64,000 nucleotides of DNA from Candidatus Thorarchaeota archaeon (GCA_011364985.1 RDOC01000001.1:4271-68270); one strand, 5' to 3'; counted from the first letter of the stretch, positions 51,001 to 61,183 are shown. Notes: a model not told the origin generated them from the sequence alone. Program-made: numbers and translations.

Positions 51001-52905
51001 CCCCTCACCGTGATAGTTCTTCAATGTACAGGACTGCTCGTTGCCATGGACCAAGCAGGATATATTGGAGGAGAGGCTGTAACTAATCTGCTTCCACCAA
51101 TTGCGAGGGCTCCGGTAGCGTCGAGTCCTGATGATTTCTCAGTCGAGTACGACACAACAAACAATACTTTGGAATGGCTTGTATCAGGGAATAACGCAGA
51201 CTACTACATCGTCTATCAAAATGATATACCAATGCCTGCTGACGATTGGTATGTTGGTGTTCCAATTGTTGTGGATCTAGATGGTCTTGACGTCGGGGTC
51301 TACAACTTCACCTTGATGCTTTGGGATGTCAATGGAGAGTGGACTAGCGACATCGTCTGGATTACTGTGGAAGACACGACGGCGCCTATATTGGACCATC
51401 CAGATGATCTTGAGATGTCACTTGGCGATTCTGAATTCATCACTTGGAACCCCTATGACAGCTCTCCAGATCGGTATGAAATACTCGTTGATGACTCGAT
51501 TGTCGAAGGCGGTCCGTGGGACGGTTTGTCCGTATCTTACGAGTACTTTGCCACTGAAGTGGGCGTCTTCAACGTCACAATTGCTGTGTATGATGTCTAC
51601 TCGAATTGGGCTTCAGACACAGTGTGGGTGACTGTTGCTGCGCCGGTTGGCGGACTCACGATAGTCGAACCAACATCGAGTCAGACTGTGGTAGGAGGCC
51701 AAGTCTATGTTCTTTATGACCCACTTGAATCGGACTACCTAGAAACCCTTGATATCTATGTCAACGACGAGATGATATCCTCAATGTTGATCCACATATC
51801 ACTAGAGTGGGAAGTTATGGTGCCGGTCTTTCTGAATGGCACGAATAATATAACACTAGTAGGTCACTGGACTGGTGGATCCATTGCTAGCGATTCTGTA
51901 CTTGTGGAGTCAGTGAACGTTCTCCCCATATTCTGGCCAAAGTCAGGGGACTTCATCCAGTACAATGTCACAATCACCTCTGCAAACATGTATCAGTACT
52001 ATGATATCAGCTTTGATAGCTGGCTGTCCGAATTTGAGGCAAGATTGTCGATGCATTACATCATAGTGCACTCTGGAATGGTCATCATGGACGAAACCGA
52101 CTGGGTCATCGTAAATGCGCTCAATGGATACATGTCATATGGTCCCACGGGCTGGACGTCCATGTGCTACATGTTTGTCCCCGGCTTTTCAGCGCCCGAG
52201 GTGACTCCGTACTCCACGTATCTGGAAGACTACGTGCGCCCAGTGGCCAGTATTGGAGACAAGGCACCACTGTCAATGTGGAACATGCTTCAAACTGTAA
52301 CAAGCTATGACATCTGGAATGGCTATGCCGTGATAGTATCAAACGGCGTATTTACTGGAACCGTCACGTACCTCCAGTCTACGGGCATGCTGATTGAGAT
52401 GTGGCAGAACGAAGGGGACGTGCATCTGTATATTGTCGACACCAACATGCTTCCGCCAGCCGACAGGGCGCCAATAATGAACAGTCCTGAAGACTTCGAA
52501 ATCCTAGATACGAGCGATGACAACGGAATCATGTGGGTGGCATCAGGAAATCTTCCCGACGTCTATCAAGTCCTGTGCAATGGAGTGCAGGTGGACTCTG
52601 GGGATTGGTCAATCGCTGAACCAGTCACCTACAATTTTGGTCTGCTGAGTGCTGGTACTTGGAATTTCACAGTTGTCTTCCACGATGAAAGCGGCTCTTG
52701 GGCGAGTGACACGGTCATGGTGACTGTGATATCTACCACCACAACAACGACAACCACAACAACGACAACCACTACAACGACGACAACGACCACAACAACG
52801 ACGACCTGGATTCCGCCTGATGTGATGATGATAATCATAATCGGCGGATGCGGAGCTATTGTGATAATAGTCATCATCATACTAATGCTGAAACGTCGTC
52901 CTTGA
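48043..52905 (+). CDS. giant multidomain surface protein with a Thr stalk and C-terminal TM anchor
   Basis: 1620 aa with AAGGGGAG upstream and an N-terminal signal. The LPFSFPFYGETFTTVYASRHGWMSF segment looks NIDO-like. There is a CARDB-like segment (HDLGVVLDVP...VVNQG...ETLLYNN) and several Ig-like modules. A two-fold internal module of about 370 aa is present. The protein ends with 24 Thr, a TM helix and KRRP. Confidence 0.9.
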   Translation: MKKKPYLFMIVFSLVFILGNIVCSIPTTPIDPATSSQSLLGEPNPPVGVEPRRNVEDNELGVPESKETANVRNFNKTFEQCKIDPTTGDFVYTKNEIAYDWVDATSGSWNDLSMDSYVALSLPFSFPFYGETFTTVYASRHGWMSFYNTEPSSPWIGIGSSSESAWYAVAPYATPISLENGNPGVYTLSLTSPNRFVVEYNNVYSEYMPYVLVGTYQIIFYENGTIDFNYDLVENEYELPYSTGINHGAIYSNYVDHTFGSFPVDDLTLRFAPPERWVFITSSDMTASTDYTLTWVGDSNVTIDEYHVFVDYSYYDSTTSDYMDLTGLSTGWIYTEVYMETGGHNYTVGMQLLVDTDTPIISIDYPSDPGELYDAKVNWTAYDPTSYISYYDILIDGIYLKTVDGWITETYVVIPNEQYHNITVVAYDALGHFDWDYSIVWYERTVPAAGFVRTHDESGLWELQDYYHNLGYLNDEIYTSLTSSLLSCYDVIFIGGGGTMWPSEDMTGLTDYVDGGGMLVACYDWGFAVGLDSVMENYGISVHSATYTYGDNTTYFETNHPLMENVAQLQHSGMEYTFDLSFPSKEFIRSADGLNIIGSILELGPSKILCIDYSFTYDIYRSDNYIFFENIFTHWLAMEDHDLGVVLDVPTSAGQGQAVDVHVYVVNQGISTEMGFTIELWVDEVLKDSLFVSSLDSGDWAELPTSVLVPSQSAMNVTGYVAPVPGETLLYNNRHERNIRVVSLTIFSPIPDQEVQGGLVFVNYTTADSPNLQNITVFVNEVWVTRLYDVADMIDLGMFVPVFQNGSNTITLMGHWVGGGIANASVTIESYYVVPRIEPSYGDYLNFTLAPNDMSYSQDMNFTFTDWISPFVVNCTMIVNQTSGGIPIMYLETWIAVNVLNGYISDGWPGAPIEQSWVYRHCFIVPSTLTPETVPYSTYLDDESPLASGAGPAGVLMDWNHVLMLDVPSEWNGYDTYNLTMSMSGVPLTVIVLQCTGLLVAMDQAGYIGGEAVTNLLPPIARAPVASSPDDFSVEYDTTNNTLEWLVSGNNADYYIVYQNDIPMPADDWYVGVPIVVDLDGLDVGVYNFTLMLWDVNGEWTSDIVWITVEDTTAPILDHPDDLEMSLGDSEFITWNPYDSSPDRYEILVDDSIVEGGPWDGLSVSYEYFATEVGVFNVTIAVYDVYSNWASDTVWVTVAAPVGGLTIVEPTSSQTVVGGQVYVLYDPLESDYLETLDIYVNDEMISSMLIHISLEWEVMVPVFLNGTNNITLVGHWTGGSIASDSVLVESVNVLPIFWPKSGDFIQYNVTITSANMYQYYDISFDSWLSEFEARLSMHYIIVHSGMVIMDETDWVIVNALNGYMSYGPTGWTSMCYMFVPGFSAPEVTPYSTYLEDYVRPVASIGDKAPLSMWNMLQTVTSYDIWNGYAVIVSNGVFTGTVTYLQSTGMLIEMWQNEGDVHLYIVDTNMLPPADRAPIMNSPEDFEILDTSDDNGIMWVASGNLPDVYQVLCNGVQVDSGDWSIAEPVTYNFGLLSAGTWNFTVVFHDESGSWASDTVMVTVISTTTTTTTTTTTTTTTTTTTTTTTTWIPPDVMMIIIIGGCGAIVIIVIIILMLKRRP
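52735..52806 (+). repeat. poly-Thr coding microsatellite, 24 consecutive ACN codons
   Basis: Read directly: acc acc aca aca acg aca acc ... acg acg acc. On the minus strand it produces an artefactual poly-Val ORF. Confidence 0.9.
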
Positions 52906-52924
52906 GAACAAATGATTCAGTTGG

Positions 52925-52964
52925 CGCTCAGGATCGAATTGGTCCTGAGCGAATCCTCTTTTTT
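52925..52964 (+). terminator. hairpin plus T6 tract downstream of the giant surface-protein gene
   Basis: A 9-bp perfect stem pairs CGCTCAGGA (52925-52933) with TCCTGAGCG (52943-52951). A TTTTTT run follows at 52959-52964, about 20 nt after the stop codon. Confidence 0.45.
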
Positions 52965-53537
52965 CACGATGCAGTTCAAGAGAGTTGCATACTTGCGAAT
53001 TGCTTTCAAGCCGATTGCATTACAAGGCAGGTTCCATACGTTAGCAACGCCCATATTCCTTTATGCAGATAAATATATAATTATAATCCTCTGTTTAATC
53101 CCTAATACTATTTTAGTATTTTTTACATGCTCTTGAATGTTATAAGCATTCATATATGTAGATGCATAGACATTAGAATAAGCTCTTCCACAACATACAT
53201 GACAGTCAGATAGGGATAAGCAGAACTGTCAGGAGAGTAAAATGTCATCACAAGCCGAGGCGAACCAAGAATCTACTTGGAGGTGGTGTGAAGGCATTCC
53301 GCCGTTAGATCCAGTGGACCCCCGACATTCGTTGAGCCTCTTGCTGGTTGCAGAAGCAAGAGAAGGACAACGGTCGCCAAAGAAATCCATTGATAGCACC
53401 CTTCCAAAGCAAGAAGAAGAGAAGAAACACCTGGATAACTGAATAAACAATATTGAGATTAGTATCCGCCATCGAGCCCACAGGCAGTATCACGGGCCGT
53501 ATCAATCAGGAATAGAGAGCTTTGCAAAGATGCATCC

Positions 53538-54911
53538 CTAGGTGATATCAGAAGCGCCCTTTGGAGGCTTTTCCTGCTTCATTTCTGCAAGTCTCAGGAG
53601 TTCTATCTCTTTCTCCTTATTCCTGAAGAAAGCGTAGAATAGAACGATACCTAGAGCATAAAGCCCGGCTACTAGGAGATAGGGAAGTCTATAGAACCCA
53701 GCAGCCAGTAGTGCACCACCTATGTTAGCAGCTACACCCCTGACAAATGAATCTCCAGACCTAACAACACCAGTGGCCGTTGCCCGTTCTTCCTTCCTTA
53801 GTCCTTCCATAAAGAAGGCAGATGAAACAGGACCGGCCATATTCATCAAAACGTTTCTCACAACATAGGCAACAACCGCGAGGTAGATGGTAGGAGCCCA
53901 CGAAATCATAAGAAGAAAAGGAATGGATAGGGCTTCTGTGAACATGATGGTGCGTACCTTACCAAAACGGTCTGCAAGTGCCGGTGCACTGAAATTGCCC
54001 ACTGCAAGGATGATTGTGTTTATTCCAAAGATTAAGCCAATGAGCTCATCTCCCGCTTGGAACTCATTCTTGAAGAAAAGGTTGAAGAACAACACAATCA
54101 TCCCAGCTCCCAGACCAATTGCTGAAACAGATGATGTGTACTTCCCAATGAATCCCCAATTTGTAACATGTCTGAAGCTTATCTCAAGTTTGAACTCCAC
54201 TACTGAGTCTTTCGACATGGAGAGTAAGATAACGAAAGCAATAGCCAGCGGAATGAAACTGAACCAGAGAGTATACCTGTAGGCCCAAATTTGAGTCGTG
54301 GAGGATCCGAGAAAATCGAAGAAGAAACCCGGCAGATAGCCACCACATAGATTTCCCGCAAGAATCGCGAGAAGAGAGATACCACCACTGAATCCGAACA
54401 GGTGAGCTCGTTCCTCGGACGTCGAGAGGTCAGTGACATAAGGCCCCCAAGCGACTTGAGTGAAACCGTCGGCCAGTCCGAGAAGTATCTGTGACAGGAT
54501 GAGGATGATAGGTTCGATCATGGTGTATTGAATGAGTACCATTAGAAGAGATATCAGACTGGCAACTATGATTATTCCCTTTCGGCTTCTTCTATCGGTT
54601 AGCATTCCGGCGGGGATTGCAACTAGGGCGGTGGCAAACATTGACACGGAAAGAAAGAAGCCCAGAAAACTTTCTTCAAAAGAAGGTAGGCTGACGATGT
54701 AAAGGTTGAAAACAACATTACTTACACCATAGGCAAAGGAATCCATTGCACTGATTGCGATCCACAGACGAGCATCCTTCTTGAAGAGACGGACTTTGTC
54801 TAAGTAGCCCAATTTGCGTTCTTCGCTCAATGGCACACAGTCTCCAGAATGAATTACTTTCCTGGCGAAAATCTCATTCCCTTTATTCATTGCTCTTTGA
54901 ACATGAACCAC
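53538..54911 (-). CDS. MFS transporter
   Basis: About 12 TM segments. The loop 2-3 motif reads GMLTDRRSRKG. The start is a GTG at 54911, or the ATG 7 codons downstream. Confidence 0.85.
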   Translation of the reverse strand: MVHVQRAMNKGNEIFARKVIHSGDCVPLSEERKLGYLDKVRLFKKDARLWIAISAMDSFAYGVSNVVFNLYIVSLPSFEESFLGFFLSVSMFATALVAIPAGMLTDRRSRKGIIIVASLISLLMVLIQYTMIEPIILILSQILLGLADGFTQVAWGPYVTDLSTSEERAHLFGFSGGISLLAILAGNLCGGYLPGFFFDFLGSSTTQIWAYRYTLWFSFIPLAIAFVILLSMSKDSVVEFKLEISFRHVTNWGFIGKYTSSVSAIGLGAGMIVLFFNLFFKNEFQAGDELIGLIFGINTIILAVGNFSAPALADRFGKVRTIMFTEALSIPFLLMISWAPTIYLAVVAYVVRNVLMNMAGPVSSAFFMEGLRKEERATATGVVRSGDSFVRGVAANIGGALLAAGFYRLPYLLVAGLYALGIVLFYAFFRNKEKEIELLRLAEMKQEKPPKGASDIT

Positions 54912-54946
54912 AAGGCTAAAACCAAATCACTTGCCATGTGTAACAC

Positions 54947-55993
54947 ATGAAGACCATTGACCTTCGTAGCGATACAGTAACCAAGCCAACTGACGAGATG
55001 ATACAAGCCATCGTCAAAGCTCACGAAAAAGACAGATTCGGTGATGATGTTATAGGAGAGGATGAGGTTGTCAATGAGCTTCAGGAAAAAGCGGCTCAAG
55101 AATTAGGCAAAGAGGCAGCTCTTTTGGTGACCTCAGGAACTCAAGGCAACGTTATAGCACTGCTGGCCCAGACCAAGCGTGGTGATGAGATCATAGTTGA
55201 GGAGCAGTCACATACCTTCATGTTCGAAGGCGGCGGGATGTCAGTATTGGGAGGGCTCTATCCAAGACCCGTCAAGGGCGTCAAAGGCTATATTCTCCCA
55301 GAAACCTTGAGAGATGCCGTAAGACCGGATGATGCACACTATCCTCAATCGGGAATGGTTGTGGTGGAGAATACACACAATTATGCAGGTGGAACTGTTA
55401 CGACTTCGCAGCAGGTCAGAGAATTGGCGGAGGTTGCACGAGAATACAATCTACGTATTCATTGCGACGGAGCTCGTTTGTTCAATGCTGCTGTTGCTCT
55501 CAATGTTCCTGCAAAGAAGCTTGTCGCCGATGTCGATAGTGTACAGATCTGTTTGAGCAAAGGTCTCTCAGCACCAGTTGGCTCCATTGTAGCTGGGACC
55601 GAAGAGTTCATTCATGATGCACATAGACTGAGAAAGAAACTAGGTGGCGGAATGCGTCAGGCCGGCATCATTGCCGCCCCAGGAATCGTTGCACTTGAGA
55701 AAATGATAAACAGGCTGAAGGATGACCACACCAATGCAAAGATTCTCTACAGCCATCTGTCTAGGATTCCAGATCTGGAGATCGAAGAGCCAGAAACGAA
55801 CATTATCTTTGTTGGCCTTCAAAACCTCGACCTAGACGTTCCAAAGCTATCTCAGGAGCTGAAAAAACGAAACATCTTGATTTATGGTGAATATGGGACA
55901 AGAGCGAGATTCGTAACTCACCGCATGATTTCCAAAGAAGACATTCTGAGAACAGCGGAAGCTGTGGCGGAGATACTTGTCGGGAAGAGCTAG
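54947..55993 (+). CDS. ltaE: low-specificity L-threonine aldolase
   Basis: IDLRSDTVTKPTDEM is the family N-terminus. Further segments are SGTQGNVIAL, the VENTHN region, HCDGARLFNA and CLSKGL (PLP Lys). Confidence 0.85.
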   Translation: MKTIDLRSDTVTKPTDEMIQAIVKAHEKDRFGDDVIGEDEVVNELQEKAAQELGKEAALLVTSGTQGNVIALLAQTKRGDEIIVEEQSHTFMFEGGGMSVLGGLYPRPVKGVKGYILPETLRDAVRPDDAHYPQSGMVVVENTHNYAGGTVTTSQQVRELAEVAREYNLRIHCDGARLFNAAVALNVPAKKLVADVDSVQICLSKGLSAPVGSIVAGTEEFIHDAHRLRKKLGGGMRQAGIIAAPGIVALEKMINRLKDDHTNAKILYSHLSRIPDLEIEEPETNIIFVGLQNLDLDVPKLSQELKKRNILIYGEYGTRARFVTHRMISKEDILRTAEAVAEILVGKS

Positions 55994-56424
55994 TGGGCTG
56001 AGTCCTGGGGCTCTTCGCATAGCTCGATTAGCACGCCCCCAGTAGACGTGGGGTGGACGAAGGCAATTCGCATATCATGAGCGCCGATACGTGGTTTCTT
56101 GTCGATCAACACCGCACCATTTTCCTCATGGCATCTTAGTGCCTGTTCAATGTCATCTACCTTGATGGCAATGTGATGAATGCCAGATCCACGCTTGGAC
56201 AGGAACTTGGCGATTGGGCTATCTCTCGAAATAGGTTCTAGGAGCTCAATCCGGCTCTCGCCGACTTGCAGAAAGGCGACTCGCACCTTCTGCTCAGCCA
56301 CTACCTCGGATCCCCGGTACTCAAGCCCCAGACCATCTCTGTAGTAGGGCAACATGTCATCAATCTTCTCAACTGCAATCCCGATATGGTCTATTTTGTC
56401 AACAGTCATCAGATGATCCCTCAT
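55990..56424 (-). CDS. mce: methylmalonyl-CoA epimerase (VOC superfamily)
   Basis: IDHIGIAV...ELLEP...[24 protein letters not shown]...GGVLIEL. It overlaps the mutase gene by 4 nt. Confidence 0.85.
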   Translation of the reverse strand: MRDHLMTVDKIDHIGIAVEKIDDMLPYYRDGLGLEYRGSEVVAEQKVRVAFLQVGESRIELLEPISRDSPIAKFLSKRGSGIHHIAIKVDDIEQALRCHEENGAVLIDKKPRIGAHDMRIAFVHPTSTGGVLIELCEEPQDSAH

Positions 56425-58091
56425 AGAATGTCAGGAGCCTTATACTCTCCAAAGACACTTCGCAAAACTCCACAGATCTCACCCAACGTGGCATAAACCT
56501 TTACTGCGGCCAGAATTGCCGGCATCAGATTCTCAGAACCCTCTGAAGCAGCTCTAAGCAAGTCCAAGGCCTCCTCGACATCCTGCTCATTGCGGGTGTC
56601 TCTTACCTTCATAAGCCGGGAAATCTGTTCTTCCTCGGACTTCGGATCGACTTTAAGATAGTCGAATGTCTGCGTTTCATCTGCTATGAACTCGTTCACT
56701 CCGACAACGATTCTACGTTTCCGATCCACATCACGCTGAAATTCGTAGGCGCTTTCATGAATCTCGCGCTGAATGTAGCCCCTCTCGATTGCATTGGGAG
56801 AACCCCCCATCGAATCGATTTCCTTAATATACTTCAGTGCACCCGTCTCAATCTCGTTAGTGAGTGATTCAATGAAATAAGATCCTGCAAGTGGGTCTAT
56901 TGTATCAGCCACTCCGCTTTCATGAGCAATGATTTGTTGGGTCCTAAGAGCAATCTGTACCGAATCGCGCGTCGGAAGAGATAAGGCCTCGTCGCGTGAG
57001 TTTGTGTGTAGCGACTGTGTTCCACCCAGAACGGCCTGAAGCGCCTGAAGTGTGACTCGCACAACATTATTGTCAGGTTGCTGTGCCGTTAGCGTGCAAC
57101 CAGCTGTTTGCGTATGAAATCGCATCATGAGAGACCGCTCCTCTTTCGCTCCAAAGTGTCCTTTCATTATTCTGGCCCAGAGCCTGCGTGCAGCTCTGAA
57201 TTTTGCTACCTCCTCAAAGAAATCAGAATGACTGCCGAAGAAGAAAGACAAACGAGGAGCAAATGCATCTACATCCAATCCAGCCTTCATTGCTGCTTCC
57301 ACATAGGCAATCCCATTTGCAATGGTGAAAGCAACTTCTTGGATTGCGGTGGATCCCGCCTCCCGAATGTGATAGCCCGAGATAGAAATGGTGTTGAATA
57401 AGGGAAGGTGTTCACCGCAGAATGCAAAGATGTCAGTTATGAGACGCATTGATGGAGCAGGAGGAAATATGTACGTGCCACGAGCAACGAACTCCTTCAG
57501 AATATCATTCTGGATTGTTCCTCGTAGCTTGTTCATTGGTACACCTTGTTTCTCAGCAACGGCGATATACATGGCAAGAAGTACGGATGCAGGTGCGTTA
57601 ATGGTCATAGACGTACTGACCTTGTCTAGGGGAATCGAATGGAAGAGAACCTCCATGTCTGAAAGAGTGTCGATTGCGACTCCAACTTTTCCAACCTCTC
57701 CACGGGCAAGTTCATTATCGGAATCATAGCCAATCTGAGTGGGAAGGTCGAAAGCAACGGAGAGTCCTGTTTGTCCCTGTTCAAGTAGAAAACGAAAGCG
57801 TTCATTGGTTTCTTTGGCGGTGGCAAAGCCACTATACTGCCGCATTGTCCAAAGTCGCCCGCGGTACATTGTAGGTTGAACGCCCCGCGTGTATGGGAAT
57901 TCTCCCGGAAATCCCAAGTCACTTTCATACTCAAGGCTAGACACATCAGTAGGGGTGTAGAACCTCTTCAACGGCACTCCTGATATTGTTTTGAACTCCT
58001 CAATACGCTCAGGATGCGTCCGAAGTGCTTTGCCCAAAGTGGACTCAGTCCAACGCTTTTCTCCCTTTCTTAGGCGCTCAAGATCATCCAT
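56421..58091 (-). CDS. methylmalonyl-CoA mutase, large (catalytic) subunit
   Basis: [57 protein letters not shown], with conservation along the full length. Confidence 0.92.
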   Translation of the reverse strand: MDDLERLRKGEKRWTESTLGKALRTHPERIEEFKTISGVPLKRFYTPTDVSSLEYESDLGFPGEFPYTRGVQPTMYRGRLWTMRQYSGFATAKETNERFRFLLEQGQTGLSVAFDLPTQIGYDSDNELARGEVGKVGVAIDTLSDMEVLFHSIPLDKVSTSMTINAPASVLLAMYIAVAEKQGVPMNKLRGTIQNDILKEFVARGTYIFPPAPSMRLITDIFAFCGEHLPLFNTISISGYHIREAGSTAIQEVAFTIANGIAYVEAAMKAGLDVDAFAPRLSFFFGSHSDFFEEVAKFRAARRLWARIMKGHFGAKEERSLMMRFHTQTAGCTLTAQQPDNNVVRVTLQALQAVLGGTQSLHTNSRDEALSLPTRDSVQIALRTQQIIAHESGVADTIDPLAGSYFIESLTNEIETGALKYIKEIDSMGGSPNAIERGYIQREIHESAYEFQRDVDRKRRIVVGVNEFIADETQTFDYLKVDPKSEEEQISRLMKVRDTRNEQDVEEALDLLRAASEGSENLMPAILAAVKVYATLGEICGVLRSVFGEYKAPDIL

Positions 58092-59074
58092 TAACCAGCA
58101 TCCTCCCTATACTTCAAGAGAAAATCCATAACAAGCTTCTCAGCCACGGTATATGGGTCCTCATTTCGCTTTGCGATTCGTACAATCGCCTCATTGTACT
58201 CTGGTCTGCCACGAAGCTCTGTAAGAAGCTGATGCGTCAATTTGTATTCCATCATTTGCTCTAGTTCGTCTCTGCTGCGCTGAAGGCCTCGTTCTTCCAA
58301 GAGACCGCTATCACGAAGACAGGAGATGTGCTCACTGATTTTGTCAACGAGCTCTGCCACTCCTTCACCAGTTCGAGCATTGGTAAGAAGAACAGGAGGT
58401 CTCCATGGTTTCTCTCGTATATCCGTTTCAAGCATTGCATTTATCTCAGCCCCCTTTCGTTCGGCACCCTCAAGGTCAGATTTGTTCACAACGAAGATGT
58501 CTGCGATTTCCATTATCCCTGCTTTGATTGCCTGGATATCATCACCACTTCCGGGAACATCAGTTACAACGACAGTATGAGCCAATTCTATAATCTCGAC
58601 CTCGGATTGACCAGCCCCGACAGTTTCAACCAAGATTACATCCTTACCGAACGCATCCACAGCTCTCACAGCTTCAGCAGTTGACCGTGCCAGCCCACCA
58701 AGATGGCCTCGCGTCCCCATGCTTCGAACATACACATCATCGTCAAGTGCATGTTCCTGCATTCGAATCCTGTCGCCAAGAAGCGCCCCTCCCGAAAATG
58801 GACTTGAAGGGTCCACGCAGATTATTCCCACGGTCTTCTTCCTGCGACGCAACTCCTTCGTGATTTGTGTGACAAGTGTGCTCTTTCCCGATCCGGGTGG
58901 GCCAGTCACGCCAACAATATGCGCGCGTCCAGTATGTCGATACAGCTGAGAAAGTGCCTTTGGAGCTCTGACATCTTCATCCTCGATAAGAGACAGGAGT
59001 CGGGCTAGTGAGCGTCTCTTCCCCGCCAGAACGCCCTCCACTAATTCATCGACTGACAATAGAAACTGCTCCAT
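58091..59074 (-). CDS. meaB: methylmalonyl-CoA mutase-associated GTPase MeaB (ArgK family)
   Basis: The P-loop is [13 protein letters not shown]. Also present are [28 protein letters not shown] and VVNKSD. It overlaps the mutase gene by 1 nt. Confidence 0.9.
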   Translation of the reverse strand: MEQFLLSVDELVEGVLAGKRRSLARLLSLIEDEDVRAPKALSQLYRHTGRAHIVGVTGPPGSGKSTLVTQITKELRRRKKTVGIICVDPSSPFSGGALLGDRIRMQEHALDDDVYVRSMGTRGHLGGLARSTAEAVRAVDAFGKDVILVETVGAGQSEVEIIELAHTVVVTDVPGSGDDIQAIKAGIMEIADIFVVNKSDLEGAERKGAEINAMLETDIREKPWRPPVLLTNARTGEGVAELVDKISEHISCLRDSGLLEERGLQRSRDELEQMMEYKLTHQLLTELRGRPEYNEAIVRIAKRNEDPYTVAEKLVMDFLLKYREDAG

Positions 59075-59084
59075 TTTGGAAGGA

Positions 59085-59486
59085 TCAAGTCCTCACGTGG
59101 GACTGAATATACTCAATAATGGATTCAAGAGGGGTGCCTGGACCAAAGATCTCTGCAATACCCGTCTTCTTCAGTCCAGGAACATCATCTTCAGGGATGA
59201 TGCCGCCTCCCACCACTAGGATGTCATCGGCATCTTCTTTCTTGAGCAATTCCATGACCTTGGGGAATAGCGCCATGTGGGCTCCGCTGAGTATACTTAG
59301 GCCAATACAATCAACTGATTCATCAATCGCGGCTCTGACAATCATCTCTGGAGTCTGCCGCAAACCAGTGTAAATCACTTCCATTCCAGCATCTCGGAGG
59401 GCACGAGCAACAACTTTGGCCCCACGGTCATGTCCATCCAGTCCGGGTTTGGCAACGAGAACACGTATCTTCTTCGTCGAATTCAA
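59085..59486 (-). CDS. methylmalonyl-CoA mutase, small B12-binding subunit
   Basis: [25 protein letters not shown] contains the DxHxxG cobalamin motif. My preferred start is the TTG at 59484-59486, with GAGGTGG 4-5 nt upstream, giving [13 protein letters not shown]. The track ORF extends to 59567. Confidence 0.8.
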   Translation of the reverse strand: MNSTKKIRVLVAKPGLDGHDRGAKVVARALRDAGMEVIYTGLRQTPEMIVRAAIDESVDCIGLSILSGAHMALFPKVMELLKKEDADDILVVGGGIIPEDDVPGLKKTGIAEIFGPGTPLESIIEYIQSHVRT

Positions 59487-59620
59487 GGACCCACCTCGCT
59501 TTGGGTTAGACACGGGAGAACCTCGTGTCGAGATATAAAGGCTTTCGATTGCCAGTGTCACCATCAAAACTCAAGATTATTATGCGACAAAATAATACAA
59601 TAGATGAGGTGGAGAATTCA

Positions 59621-59887
59621 ATGGCAGCAACCCCTGATGAAATGACTCAGTACGACTGGTTTGGACAGGCAAGAATACATGAGGTCGGCGGCAACTTTGA
59701 CGGGGCTCTAAAGGCATATGAAAATGCGATTAGGATAGACCCGAATTTTGCAAAGGCGTGGTACTACAAGGCTAAGCTGCATCTGCAAATGGGAGACAAG
59801 GCAAACGCCAAGAAGTGTGCTGAAACAGCTCTTGAGCTGGAGCCAAACTGGAAGAAACACATCGATAAGATACTCTCTCATCTTTGA
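59621..59887 (+). CDS. small TPR-repeat protein
   Basis: GNFDGALKAYENAIRIDPNFAKAWYYKAKLHLQMGDKANAKKCAETALELEPN forms two TPR units. The ATG at 59621 has GAGGTGGAG 5 nt upstream. The longer track ORF would overlap the divergent gene. Confidence 0.6.
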   Translation: MAATPDEMTQYDWFGQARIHEVGGNFDGALKAYENAIRIDPNFAKAWYYKAKLHLQMGDKANAKKCAETALELEPNWKKHIDKILSHL

Positions 59888-59921
59888 ATAAAGTATGCCT
59901 ATAAGCGCTCCAAACGATGCT

Positions 59922-60371
59922 CTATTTCAGGGCTGATGATGAGTCAGGATAAAGCAGGACATATACGGCTTGGTTCAATGTCAGAATATTGCTATTCACC
60001 CACTCTATAACAATTTCGACATTTTCTTTTGATGAGATATTTGCTAATGCATCAAGAGTTGCACCACGGGTCTGTTCGGAATTCAAAAGGTCCTCGATTG
60101 TGCGTACCAAAATCATTTCCCGCACGTCAGGAGTTGTCTCTGTCAGCCAGTAGAGGATGTTGTCGCGGGCGTCAGTTTCAACACCGGCCTGAAAGGCGAC
60201 CTCCTTTAAGGTAGTGCATATCTTGTCAAATACCTCCTTGTCCTGGATATCTTTCAATTCACTTTCAATGATGGAAACTATGCTCTTGGTTATCTCTGGG
60301 TTTGCACTGAGCATATCAACAAGGTCGGCCCGCGCCTTCATTGGACCATCAGGAATTTCATCCTTAGTCAA
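59922..60371 (-). CDS. hypothetical all-alpha protein
   Basis: 149-aa ORF with helical-repeat-like composition. No motif recognised. Confidence 0.4.
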   Translation of the reverse strand: MTKDEIPDGPMKARADLVDMLSANPEITKSIVSIIESELKDIQDKEVFDKICTTLKEVAFQAGVETDARDNILYWLTETTPDVREMILVRTIEDLLNSEQTRGATLDALANISSKENVEIVIEWVNSNILTLNQAVYVLLYPDSSSALK

Positions 60372-60436
60372 GCCTGTTTCATCTCCATATAGGATTATTC
60401 AGTCTGTTAGGTCGAATATAGATATTACTCGTGTAG

Positions 60437-61183
60437 TCAAGGCAAGAACCGGAGAACTTCGGACAGCGAAGAAACTACCAAATCAGGAGCAAAATGACTA
60501 CCGTATTTTGCTAGAATATTGTCGAGACCGAGCCCGCGATTGTTTACCCAGATGCAGGTAAGGCCAATAGATTTCCCTCCGATAATATCGGCCACGAATT
60601 CATCACCGACAAAGAGTGTGTTCTCGGGTTTGGACCCAAGATGCGTCATGGCAAATTGAAAAGGCTGCGGCATAGGTTTGAAGGCCTTGACTACGCCACC
60701 ATCAACAATAACCTCAAAAAAACCGCTCACACCCAATTTTCGAAGGATTATCTGAGCGTTCCCCTCAAACGAGTTCGTGATGACGCCCATGGGGATACCA
60801 AGGTTTCGGATTCTGGTGAGGATCTCCAATGTGCCATTCGCAAGCTCCGACATTTCAATATGTAGATTCTTTAACACCGTAGTACCTTCATCAATTATCT
60901 TGTCTTCCACCTCTAATTTCATTGAGAATAGTGCAAGTTTGGTGGCGTCTCTAATCATATAGAAGGGGCTTTTGTACGCAGCCCCACGGACAATACTCCT
61001 TATCTCTTGCTGATAGTTCTGTACCAGCTTTGTCACGTACTCCTCAAGAATCTCAGAGGGGTCCTTCAGAATTCTTTGGAGCAGGAGCTCGCTTGCTCTG
61101 ATTGGGTAGTGATTTGTATGTGTTAGTGTTGAATCGAGGTCAAAGAGTATAGCTTTGAATGAATCAAGGTCTGATACATTCAA
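60437..61183 (-). CDS. HAD-superfamily hydrolase (subfamily IA-like)
   Basis: Motif I is ILFDLDSTLT, motif II is GVITNS, and motif III/IV is K...VGDEFVADIIGG. Confidence 0.8.
   Translation of the reverse strand: MNVSDLDSFKAILFDLDSTLTHTNHYPIRASELLLQRILKDPSEILEEYVTKLVQNYQQEIRSIVRGAAYKSPFYMIRDATKLALFSMKLEVEDKIIDEGTTVLKNLHIEMSELANGTLEILTRIRNLGIPMGVITNSFEGNAQIILRKLGVSGFFEVIVDGGVVKAFKPMPQPFQFAMTHLGSKPENTLFVGDEFVADIIGGKSIGLTCIWVNNRGLGLDNILAKYGSHFAPDLVVSSLSEVLRFLP

Noticed and set aside
52735-52806. Short-period repeat, considered as a CRISPR-like or other non-coding array
   Set aside because: It is a 3-nt periodic ACN codon run inside a long ORF that encodes poly-Thr. There is no repeat-spacer structure anywhere in the window.
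53060-53230. Very AT-rich ~170-bp tract with several 4-5 bp dyads, considered as a replication-origin or ncRNA candidate
   Set aside because: It has no ORB-like longer repeats and no adjacent orc1/cdc6. The dyads are short enough to occur by chance in AT-rich DNA. It is most simply promoter or spacer DNA.
53242-53442. 66-aa plus-strand ORF preceded by GGAGAG
   Set aside because: It has no family resemblance and a competing 73-aa ORF on the other strand. The support is insufficient.
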